Shown here: positions 21,663 to 32,098 of the stretch, piece by piece | Layout: the number at the start of each line of letters is the position of its first letter | Position numbering within the stretch: the stretch's first letter is position 1 | Assembly (NCBI GenBank): GCA_023231475.1 | Contig: JALJEE010002497.1 | Span: forward strand, 1 to 42,976 | From: Seison nebaliae | Taxonomy: Eukaryota | DNA length: 42,976 nucleotides | Direction: 5' to 3' | The notes under the pieces: generated by a model | The model's database searches: none | Told to the model about the DNA's origin: nothing | The model's input: the letters and a program-made list of their open reading frames with translations, nothing else | Translations under genes and position numbers: made by a program

Positions 21663-24539
21663 TTATCGAACATTTTTCCGTCGTTCGATTACTTTTGTTC
21701 TCAATAACATTTCTCTAATTGGACTGTAATATAAGTTGACTTCTTCATCAACTTTCAATAATTTATCCTCATCGACGGTTTCAGTTACAATGATGGATTG
21801 TCGATTAGGTTTCGCCAATTCTGCACGTCTGTTACCTTCTGCTATTCGTTCTTGTGCACATAATGTAGGTCGATTATAATAGAGGTAAGTGTTGAGACGT
21901 GATTTTCTTTGGATTCGATCGATAGTCGATTGTAATTGTTTGTTCATGTTCTCATCTAATTTTATTGGAGCATCTGGATTAAATTGTTTAGATATCGGTC
22001 GCCACGCTCTAAATGACACGTCATTTTTCTTTTCCGGTTCGTTGGAATCGATTGGAATTAGTTCGGTTAAGTTTGGATTTAAATTCACTTTATTCCTCTC
22101 AGGGAAAGGAGATGATGGTTTTCGATTGAAATTTTGTTTGCATCTTAAAACAATATTATTTTCATTGAGAACTTCAGGATTTATATAAATATCTGGAATA
22201 TGAAGTAATCTACTCAACTTCTTTTCTAATGTTTGACTGATCATATTATTGGGATCTTCATAAAGGTCAGTATCGGCAATTGAGGTATATATGGACGAAT
22301 ATGTTTCTGTTTCATTCTTACTCTCCGTCAATATATCAATACTGATGGCATCAATGGATGCACGTAAAGGTTTAAAATAAATATCTTCCACTTTCGTATA
22401 ATTTCTGATCAATGGCTCCATTGACGATGATCTTGGAGTATATAAATTTTTATGATTGAGAGGCAGGTTCTGAGGGAAATACCTTGACCATCCAGTCAAA
22501 TTGTTTGAAATGAAATCTATCGGATATTCTTTCCTTACTTTCACCTCTCTCTCCGGTGTTGGTGTAAACTTCTTTTGATATAATGTTGTTATGTCACTAT
22601 AAGTGTTTTCTGAACGACCAAGTGGAAGTTCAATTTCTTCTTTTTTCTCTGTTAATTTTTTGGGGACTTTCGATTTCTTCTTATAAGTTTTCGCTTCCTT
22701 CTCCAATTCTACACATTGAGTTAATGGAGTACAATGTCTAAAGAGACAATTTTGCTTCGTGAATTGGGAACAATGGGAGAAGAATGTGGATTTCATCTTC
22801 TTCCTTAGAATTGGATCAGTTTTCTGACATTCCAACAATTTCTCGATAATCTTTCTTTCGTCATATTGAATATTATTGGGAGATGATGACGATGCTAATA
22901 AAGCAAAAGTGGTTATCATATTCTTTTGTGTTCGACGTGAGAGACGTTTATTCAAATAATAATCGTTATTCATTGTATCCATATAATAATTATAATGACG
23001 ACGGAAATTATAATGATAATAAGCGTTCGTCAAATATCTTTTAGGTTTCTTAAAAATACTTTTCCTTCGAGTACTGGTTGGCATAAACGCATAATTCGAA
23101 TATAACGAAATCGGACCATTGGCATCAGCATAAACTATTTCGTCATTATCTTCTCCGGTGAAAACGGTACTCTCACCAGTCTCATCAATTGTCGGATTAA
23201 GATATTTTTGTATATCAGCCGATGTAAATGATCTATCATCATTGGATGATGTATCAGAAGACTCGCTAACTGCATCTTCTCCATATGCCGATTTGATCAT
23301 CTTCTTTCTCAATCTCTGACAACAGGTAAACGGACAATGACAAATGATGTCACTAATAACGATGAAGGCGAAAAGTATTCCAATGGTGATCATGGATATG
23401 GCTGAAACAGGTTTACCTGTCGCTTTCTGATTTTCATAACGACGTGAAATTTCTCGAAATTTAAAATGGAAAATTTCTTTTTGTTTTTCAACTTCTTTTT
23501 CTGCTTTCTCCACATTCTTCAATTGTTGCGCCACAATTTGTGTAATATTCGTTTTCGGATCTGGGCAAATTTCATAACTAAAAGTAATTACTTCTGTCTT
23601 ATTAGATAAGTCGTTCTCGCAATCATCTTCACATTTTTCATATCGATATTTCTCGACTGAACACGACCAGTCTGTCCAATCAGACCATTCACCCAAATAT
23701 TCAATAACGGTAGTCGATAACGTCGTTGTTGTTATCGTTGTAGTTGTGGTTGTTGTAGTAGTCGTTGTTGTTGTTGTTGTGGTAGTTGTGGTTGTTGTTG
23801 TTTCAATATATGGTTCACATGGAGTATCACATTTAGATAAGATTAATCGATTATCTTTTTTCCTTCTCACATAACATTGGAGGACGTTCGTCTTTCTCAC
23901 TCGTCGACAATAATTTTTTGCTTCACCTAAACTCTCACCTGTAGAGAATTTGTGTCGTCGACGCACTTTCGTCCATTCAACACATCGAGCACCATTGAAT
24001 GCATAATTATGAGTTCCTTTATATGGTTTTCGAGGATCTGGAGGCGTACACCGATAACCGGGACAGATCTCATCGGAAACATCACACATTTCATATTCTT
24101 TAGTTTGTGTTGCACTCGGCTCCACATAACACCATGCCCGTGTCAACCATAAATTGACATTACGACAATAATCAGCTGCTTCTTGAATAGTCTCTAAAGT
24201 GAAGAAACTTTGAGATTCTTCTTTTGAATAAAGTCGAGAATAAACATCTTCCCAATTCTTACATTTATTGCCAGTGATCGTATAACTCTTTTTCCCCAAA
24301 TAATCCGTTTGGTAAAGGAATTTTGTACATCGTTCTCCGTTTTGTCTTCGATGTCGTACAGATGTGGAATTTGGGTTAATTTGCATTTGATATTCGATGT
24401 GTCTGCGCCTTATCAGATGAAGAGCCTCGTAAAAGTTTGATGATATTGTTTGATAGTCGAATGGTTCCACCTCCAGACTTAGAGTGACATAAAAGAAAAT
24501 TTGATGAAATAGTAAGTTTAATTTGAACTTAATATTCAT
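21663..24539 (-). CDS. Intronless 958-aa type I membrane protein with two kringle-like domains, Thr-rich stalk and long cytoplasmic tail
   Basis: Signal peptide; furin-like RHRR; kringle patterns DYLG..TITGNKCKNW..DYCRN..RAWCYV..YEMCDV and YKG..NGARCVEW..NYCRR..CYV; poly-T stalk; TSP1-like WSDWTDWSCS; TM AISMITIGILFAFIVISDIIC followed by a Cys cluster. Confidence 0.85.
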   Translation of the reverse strand: MNIKFKLNLLFHQIFFYVTLSLEVEPFDYQTISSNFYEALHLIRRRHIEYQMQINPNSTSVRHRRQNGERCTKFLYQTDYLGKKSYTITGNKCKNWEDVYSRLYSKEESQSFFTLETIQEAADYCRNVNLWLTRAWCYVEPSATQTKEYEMCDVSDEICPGYRCTPPDPRKPYKGTHNYAFNGARCVEWTKVRRRHKFSTGESLGEAKNYCRRVRKTNVLQCYVRRKKDNRLILSKCDTPCEPYIETTTTTTTTTTTTTTTTTTTTTTITTTTLSTTVIEYLGEWSDWTDWSCSVEKYRYEKCEDDCENDLSNKTEVITFSYEICPDPKTNITQIVAQQLKNVEKAEKEVEKQKEIFHFKFREISRRYENQKATGKPVSAISMITIGILFAFIVISDIICHCPFTCCQRLRKKMIKSAYGEDAVSESSDTSSNDDRSFTSADIQKYLNPTIDETGESTVFTGEDNDEIVYADANGPISLYSNYAFMPTSTRRKSIFKKPKRYLTNAYYHYNFRRHYNYYMDTMNNDYYLNKRLSRRTQKNMITTFALLASSSSPNNIQYDERKIIEKLLECQKTDPILRKKMKSTFFSHCSQFTKQNCLFRHCTPLTQCVELEKEAKTYKKKSKVPKKLTEKKEEIELPLGRSENTYSDITTLYQKKFTPTPEREVKVRKEYPIDFISNNLTGWSRYFPQNLPLNHKNLYTPRSSSMEPLIRNYTKVEDIYFKPLRASIDAISIDILTESKNETETYSSIYTSIADTDLYEDPNNMISQTLEKKLSRLLHIPDIYINPEVLNENNIVLRCKQNFNRKPSSPFPERNKVNLNPNLTELIPIDSNEPEKKNDVSFRAWRPISKQFNPDAPIKLDENMNKQLQSTIDRIQRKSRLNTYLYYNRPTLCAQERIAEGNRRAELAKPNRQSIIVTETVDEDKLLKVDEEVNLYYSPIREMLLRTKVIERRKNVR
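23718..23801 (-). repeat. Coding poly-Thr (ACN)n tract, mucin-like stalk
   Basis: (gtt/gta/gtg)n on + strand, translating to a long Thr run on the minus strand. Confidence 0.9.
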
Positions 24540-25573
24540 CGTCGATTAAGATTGCATATATGATAGAATTGATTTCCCATAGACACAAATGATTCATTAT
24601 TACATTTCTTCTTCACAACGATTGGCATGAGATTCTGCATTTTATAGCGGTCTTTTTTATCGATCGTATACGTGTGGCCTTATGATCGGTTCGATTGTCA
24701 TTCAACTAAAAAGAGAATTGATTTTCTTCTACGTCTCTCATCTGTGAAGAATGAAAAACGAATAGAATATTAATAATAAACTTCACAGTATTATATCATT
24801 TTTATTCAGTGAATTCTTATTATTTTTCGACATCACCAATAATTCCTACTTCGATGTTCAACACTTCTACCATTTTACGTTCGGTTTAACCCTGCTAACT
24901 TATTCTTACGGAAAAAGATTTCTTTATTTTCTTTTCTTCATTCCCTATGTATCATATAGTGCATACTTATATAATCAATATTATTGTGCATACTCTCTTT
25001 CTCTAGGTGAAGGAATACTTTTACAGACATATAACTCTATTCGTCAAAGAGTTGTATTATGATATTTGGTCTTTATGTTCTCATCTTACATCCCATATCA
25101 CATCACATGCACCAGAATAATATTTGAATAAATAAATCTCAAATCATATGTATTCATCAATAAAACATCATTGGTAAAGCTGTTGGTTACACATATAGAA
25201 TGCTAGTTTTAAACTATTTCCAGTTCTTCTTCCTTCCCATTCTTGTGGTTGATTCAAAGACGAATATAGAATGTTAAGAAATGTTATACATATATTGTTA
25301 ATGTTGTATAAGAAAATATTATTCTTTTATCGATTAATATGACATTGAGCCACATCTTATCAATTGAAATGAATGATGACTTTGAAACAAATGGAAATTC
25401 TTCATCTGTCTTCATTGGACAGTGGGAAAAGAATATTAACAATCATTTGAAAATTTTTTTAGAATGTTTAGAAGATAAGTGAACGACCAGATGATAATAG
25501 AAGAATGATCATCTGTTATTACAATTGTGTAATAATATTTTATTTCTGCACTATAATCCTGGAAATTGTTCTT

Positions 25574-25665
25574 TTATTTCAAAAAATTAGTAAACTATTT
25601 TCTATTACCCAAAATTTTGGAAATAACTATGGGTAATAGAAAATTGTTTATTTTTTTTTGAATAA
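25574..25665. repeat. Imperfect inverted repeat / hairpin
   Basis: TAAACTATTTTCTATTACCCA (25591-25611) pairs with TGGGTAATAGAAAATTGTTTA (25630-25650) with one mismatch; extends imperfectly through TTATTTCAAAAA / TTTTTGAATAA. Confidence 0.7.
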
Positions 25666-26937
25666 TCGTTTAATTAGCTAATTGTCTAACTCTCGTTAGA
25701 GCAACCATAAAATACTTAATCGTTCCATTGTTCCCTTTTGTAAGTTCAAGATCATATGATCAAACAGAATAAACGGAACGTTATTTATGGTGTTTGGATG
25801 AGGATAATTTTAAGAAATTACCAACTTTAATTTACAAGGTTGAACTCACCAATTTTTCCCTTGTACAAAACCGAAGGTGCACATTTGTTGCACAAGAAAA
25901 AAGCAGCAGAAATCAATCATATTAATATAATTATTTCATTTTGATAAGAGTCACAATAAGAGTTATAGAACAAATCAGAAAAAGTAATTAGAATGTTCCA
26001 TAATATCATTATCCATTGACGTCATTCATTCCGGAAAAAGTCTTGCTTAAATTCTTAACATTCATTAAAGTAATCAATCTTCGATTAATTCATTTATTCA
26101 TTTGAAATTATTATTCAAAATATATTTCCAAGTATGAATCCAAAATACAATACAATTCTCAAAAATTATGGTGATTGATTATCGTTTCGACTAATCAATA
26201 AGTTTCCTTTCTATACAAATATTAATGTTAACTAAAATATTTTATTTGACATCTCATTTGCACAATATGATCATACATAATCACATCATGCGTATATGGG
26301 AATAAGTGTATGAGGAAAGCGGAAGTGGCTTTCCCATAAGAATGCCTATCATATAACGATTCGTAAAATGAAAGATTGAATATATATATAATATTCGTAA
26401 ATTGGTCGTAAGTTGGAGGAAACGTTTTTTTTTAAAGGCGTGCATATTTGCATAAAAAACAAGGAAGGAATTTATTCTTCACACAATATGCCACATGGCG
26501 GATGCTGTAGTTTGATCGTGTTCTTTAGCAATTGCTGAGAATCGTTACCGTTTCTTCTTACCTAAATAGATTTTCATTTTAATGTTCTATCCACTGATAT
26601 ATTTACGTAGAACGAAATAGTTTATCGAGTTGGGCTCTACAGTTCATTTAATATCATTTAATCACTTTTCACTTTTACAACAGAATCATCTTCTTTTCAT
26701 TCTCTTCCAAATCGACGAACGATGGAATCATAAGTTTAGTCGTCAGTAATCAAATCTGGTTGACTGGCAATGATAATTAGCTAAGTTAATTTTGACCATT
26801 CCAACTTCAAAATTCATCTCGTCCAAAATTCTCCGAGTGAAGGATATTGCTTCATATTTATTTATCTTCCAAATTATCATCGTCTCTATCTATCTACTTT
26901 CCATCAGCAACTCTATGATAATTTTTCTTTAACATTC

Positions 26938-27504
26938 TTAATGAAATATTCTTCTTTTCATCAATAAAGACAGAAGGGAAAAGAAAATGATAAATTTGAA
27001 ATTATTATTTATCGATGAACAATTCTCTGCCAAGAGATTCTGATGCCCGTTCAATTGGAGATCGATTGCACCTGTTAAATTCGTTTCATTTTCTTTTGCA
27101 GTTTCCTTAACATTCGTTGAGTTGCCAAGTTGACTTTGTATTTCTTTGTTATTTGACGGAGAAGATGAATCAGGAAAATTATTCCCAAACATCATTCCAG
27201 AAGAATTTCCTCGATCTCCATTCAAATACAATACACAATTAAAACAGTTTATATAATTTCTTGAATTGGTCTGAAATCGAAGAAAAAATATTTTCTCATT
27301 TATTTGATGAATGATAAAAGAAACTTTCTCATTAAATTTGGGTATGATATATTGTTGACAGATTTCCTTTAATCGTTTCCATTCACGCAACGGTAGGAAC
27401 TTAAGTGATTGACGATTTAATTTCGTGCAAAATGAATAACTTTCATTAATATCTTCATTACATTTCACATGAATAATTATCAAAAACAAAAAGAAAAAGT
27501 TCAT
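26938..27504 (-). CDS. Small secreted, probably GPI-anchored orphan protein (one probable in-frame 54-nt intron)
   Basis: Signal peptide MNFFFLFLIIIHVKC, four Cys in the N-terminal half, Ser/Asn/Thr-rich linker, C-terminal hydrophobic FIIFFSLLSLLM; internal GTTTCT...TTTCAG intron-like segment. Confidence 0.6.
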   Translation of the reverse strand: MNFFFLFLIIIHVKCNEDINESYSFCTKLNRQSLKFLPLREWKRLKEICQQYIIPKFNEKVSFIIHQINEKIFFLRFQTNSRNYINCFNCVLYLNGDRGNSSGMMFGNNFPDSSSPSNNKEIQSQLGNSTNVKETAKENETNLTGAIDLQLNGHQNLLAENCSSINNNFKFIIFFSLLSLLMKRRIFH

Positions 27505-27689
27505 TTTCAATTAAAACTTATTTTATTTCGACAAACGTTCACTATCTCAAGACAACATCTATGTACTTTGATCAAAAATTCCCGAAGAGAATTTGATAAG
27601 AAACATTGACGGTTTGAAACTATTTTCTCTTAAATGAAGAAATTTATATTAATCATCAATTCATGGTTTCATCATCATCTGGAATTCCT

Positions 27690-28056
27690 TCATGAACTTT
27701 TTAAGTACGAATCCAGAACATTATCAGAAAATTGCACATTTTTCTTCTTTTTATTTCCTTCTAATTTATTTGTAAAATTTGAATTGTACGTTGTCTCAAA
27801 CCCAACAAATTTTATCTAAACAAAAGTAAGAAAACACAAAGGAATTTCATCGAATTAACAATTATAACACAATCAATTATTTAACATGTTTACATTCTGA
27901 CAATCGATTGTATGTCGTCGAATTTTGAGTGCGTTTCGGATCATCATCTTTAGTATCTTTCGGATATGCTTCTCGATTTTGATGCCAGTTGTTCGTCAAC
28001 ACTTTACTATTATATTCAGCTGCTGTTGTTGATTGTAATGTAATAGATCCACTCAT
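27690..28056 (-). CDS. CFAP95: Short CFAP95/C9orf135-like ciliary protein (2 exons; missed by the ORF track; 3' end uncertain)
   Basis: MSGSITLQSTTAAEYNSKVLTNNWHQNREAYPKD...NSTTYNRL matches my recollection of the C9orf135 N-terminal motif (GSLTLRS..Y...VLV..WH..REAFPK..NSTY.RL). GTTAAA...TTTAG intron, then about 41 more codons to TGA. Confidence 0.65.
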
Positions 28057-28083
28057 TTTATTTCAATTCGAGTTGTTCGACTT

Positions 28084-28098
28084 ATCTCTATGGTAACT
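28084..28098 (-). promoter_or_regulatory. RFX X-box-like site upstream of the CFAP95-like gene
   Basis: Reverse complement reads AGTTACCATAGAGAT, 28 nt upstream of the ATG; fits the GTNRCCATRG.A.. X-box consensus. Confidence 0.65.
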
Positions 28099-28275
28099 AG
28101 TACAACAAAAAATTTAAAAGCTAATGATGAAAACTGTGTTTTGAAAATTTCCATTTCCGGATAATGGTGCGCTTATCAGTTAATTTATAAAATTAACGAT
28201 TACTTGAGTTTCTTTTGTTAAAGTTAATTTTCTTCTAGAAAGTTAGATTTATTTCTCTAAGAACCTTCTTCCTCC

Positions 28276-28290
28276 AGTTACCATAGAGAT
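28276..28290 (+). promoter_or_regulatory. RFX X-box-like site upstream of ANKMY1
   Basis: AGTTACCATAGAGAT, an identical 15-mer to the inverted copy at 28084-28098. Confidence 0.65.
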
Positions 28291-28505
28291 GCAAATGAGA
28301 AGAATATGAAAATAACAGAAATTTAAAGAATTTCCTAGTACTTAATTAAACAATAGCAAAAGGAGAAGGTTAAACAGTTTACCATTAGACATGACGGATA
28401 TGTTAATAATATATTCTTAACGATTTAACTATTCAATAGACAATTAGAATGAAATATTCTCATTCATCTTCATTCTACACTTATTGCTGAAAGATATTTA
28501 TCATT

Positions 28506-31500
28506 ATGATAAATACAAAACTCACTGAAATTAGACCGTTATCTACACCATCATATCGACGACAAGGAACAGCCGTTACGACAAATAAATATGGCGAAGT
28601 TAGTATTAGAAAATTAAAGAATTACTCCACATTAATTTTCTCTGATAGATATATGAAGGTGATTATTATGAAGATTTCCGTCATGGTATAGGAAAATTTT
28701 CATGGTCAGATAATTCACAATCATTTATCGGTACATTCTTTCGAGACGTTCGATTTGGTTTCGGTCTGTATAAAAATAGCTTGTATAAATTTGAAGTTAA
28801 TTGCATTTGAATGAAAATTATTTGTAAAAAAAAATTAAAGTGTTTCTATAAGAACGGCAATCCATTTGGTTATGGAATTCGAGAGTATAAATCTGACAAA
28901 ACTTTGGATTGTGGTTGGTGGAAAGGTGACTGGCTAATAAGATTGAAAGGTTCTTTTGAGCCGGTGGTAAATTATTCAGATTTGTTCAAGATTCTGACGG
29001 CGAAAAATCGGGTGAAAGAAATCCGGAAATCGAATGTTTTGTGGAATAATGAGGATTATATTTTACATCAATTTACCGACATTTATTCCAGCGATAAATA
29101 TATTGCCAATGATGTGAAAATAAAACATATTTTAAGATGTTTAAGTGGTAATCAAAGTTTGAAAAGAACGATGAATGTTATCCAGGAACATATCGCTCAA
29201 TATCGAACAATTGTCGAACCGGTTTGTGGTGTAAAACAACCAACTTTACCGATTAATAATAATACTCCGTTAATTAAAGCGATAGCGGATCATGTTATGC
29301 TGTTCCGTTTTCCACAAGAATTAATGGAAAATGAATCTGATACATCACTATCAAGATCGAAGAATTCTGATGATACTGAATTGGATGCAGAGAATTTGGA
29401 ACCGGAATATATTGAAATTTTGAGAAGAACCTGGCGAAATTTATTGTCGAATTATTATCAGAAAGATAAAGAAGATAAATTTGGAAAAGAAACCAAATCG
29501 TCATTGGAACTGATGAATCTCATTTGGAATGATAATGTTGAAGAAGTTAAGAAGAAGTTGAATAAGAGAACTGATTATGTTGATGTTAGTGATAATAATG
29601 GTATTACTCCGTTAATGTTAGCAGTCGGAAAGGAGAATATTGAAATGATTAATTTATTACTTTACAATGGATCTGATATCAATTATATGACTGATACTGG
29701 TGTTACTCCCTTAGGTATCGCCTGTCATTTATTGGACAATCATATGGAGAAGATATCCCCGGAATATAGTTCCTATTATTCCGAAAATAATGAAGTGGAG
29801 AAAAAAGATGATTGTGAGGATGAAGACACATCTAAAATGGAACTTTCGCTATGTGAATCGGTTGTGGGACATGTATCATTTGACGATAAAATTACAAAAC
29901 CATTCAGTATGATAAGTGCCGATTTACAATCTGCATATATTCATCAGTTAAGTATTGCTATTCAAAAACGAAAAATAAAGAAAACGGAAACAACTGAACC
30001 ACTCTACACAAAGGCCCTCGAATTTCAAAGGTTTCTTCTAATTCATTACAACATTTCTACTATTTTTCTTTTTGAAATATCAGGCAAAAAAATTTAACTA
30101 AAATTATCGGACTTTTAGTTCGGAAAGGAGCAAATGCAAAATTAGTTAATTTTCCAAAACCTCCTCTAACCATCGCTACGTTGGTGGGAGATGATGAATT
30201 GGTTCAACTTCTATTGAAACAACAATGTAATGTCAACGAATCGATTGGTGATGAATGCCAATATTCTCCCATTCATATTGCCACTCTCACGAATTCTTCG
30301 AAAGCAAAAAAGATTCTGACTGATTTATTGAATGGCTTAGCTGATCCCAATCGACGTGCTAATTATAATGGAGAATATGATGATTATGTCAATCTATTAT
30401 CAGTTAACTCAACTGAGAAACTAACTCGTGAAGGAAGTACGGCGCTCCATATTCTTGCTGCCAATAAAAATAAATATGCGGCAGAAATGGTTCAAATTTT
30501 ACTTGAACATAATGTCGATCCAAATTTGTTAGCTAACGGTTTGTCATCTCTGGCATTGGCATATTTAACAAGAAATGAGAAAGTAATTCAAAAATTGTTT
30601 GAAAGTAAACGATTAAATGTCAACGAACATTTAGGTTACGGATTGGGCAATATTGCTACCGTTGTGATAATGACTAAGAAATATAAATTAAATGAAAAAA
30701 TTTCAGAAGTTCAGCAATTTTTTCCTAAATAATTTTTTTGGAATTGTCTTTTATTTAGATAGAAAAATTACGGAAATATGGTTTGATTTTAAGAGATACA
30801 TTTCCTTTAACAATCGACGAAGTCGATAAGGAAATTTATGGGAATGTATTAGATTATACTCATATGAAATTCCAACAGGTATCATTTCATTCTAGAATTT
30901 TATTAATATGACATTTCCGCTGATTAGCATGAAATATTATCAGGCACATCATACCATGCTTTATCACCGGAAATGAAAGTGGAATTGAACGAATGGAAAG
31001 CAATAACAAAATATTTAGCAAATGAATTCCGGGCAGATTTCAAAGAACAAAGTATTGAAAGAATCAAATCTGGTTTTCACGATGGTTCATATAATTGTTA
31101 AAATTTATTATTTATCTCTCTTAAAAATTATTTGCCTTTTAGCATTACCCCCAACTAATAAATATATGTTGGATTGGGATAAGGAGGTGACAGAAAAACG
31201 TCTGGAATTAATTCAAAGTGCTTCTCCTCATAAAATACCACAGATTTATATTCAATCCAGAGCATCTTCATTTTTAACTGAATATAAGTTTAATCCATCA
31301 AATTTTAATGTCAAATTTTCACATCCAATTTCTAGTTCTCCGAAAGAAGTTGAATTTTGTTACAATTGTGGGAAATCAGCTAGTGGAAGTTAATTTTTTG
31401 GAATCATTTTCCCATTCTCATAGTTTGTAGGAAAGAAAAATTTTAAGAAATGCTCCAGATGTAAAGAAGTCGCTTATTGTTCAACTATTTGTAAGCAGAA

Positions 31501-32098
31501 AAATTGGAAAGAGGTTCATAAAGGAGAATGTTTAAACTTAAGAAAATTATCGGGTTCTTTCAAATTTCACTTATTCTTCTTCTAATTTCTTGCCTCATAA
31601 TTTGTAGGAGATGAAACGAATCGAATTGATCAGAAGAAAACAGTTTCGATTCAGAACAAAAAAGATACCACTGAAAAGAAAAGGGAAACAACTGTTAAAA
31701 GGAATATTGATAGCCATGTTAGAGAATCGAAATTGAAAATTTCGACAAATCGGGAAAATATTAGTCACGAAAATCGAAGAATTATTGGAAGTGGACGAAT
31801 TGCCAATGAATATTTATTGAAGCAACAACTTAAAACCATAGCTGGAAAGGAAAGCTTAGAAAGTTTGGCATCGCGTATTGAACAGAAGAACGATGGTTCT
31901 CTATATTTCCGTACCCGGACAAATGTCAGTCTAAAATTATTTGTCGATAAGAAGAAAAAAATAGTGTGCGTCGATATGATAAATAATCCATATCGTATAC
32001 AATTACCTTCAGATACAGCAATGCGATATCTGAATGCACTTTCAAATTATACATGGAATAAAAATTATAAAGGACCTGAGAATTATAGTTTTGAATGA
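28506..32098 (+). CDS. ANKMY1: Ankyrin repeat and MYND domain-containing protein 1 (MORN + ANK + zf-MYND; 9 exons)
   Basis: N-terminal MORN repeats (GEIYEGDYYEDFRHGIGKFSW, DCGWWKGDWLIRL), ankyrin repeats (GITPLMLAV, GVTPLGIAC, GSTALHILA), MYND finger FCYNCGKS..KCSRCKEVAYCSTICKQKNWKEVHKGEC and terminal ENYS. Eight introns. Start codon uncertain. Confidence 0.85.

Noticed and set aside
26295..26340. Small hairpin GGAAAGC-GGAAGTG-GCTTTCC with flanking TATGGGAA/TTCCCATA
   Set aside because: Short stems with no match to a histone stem-loop, tRNA or snRNA that I can recognise.
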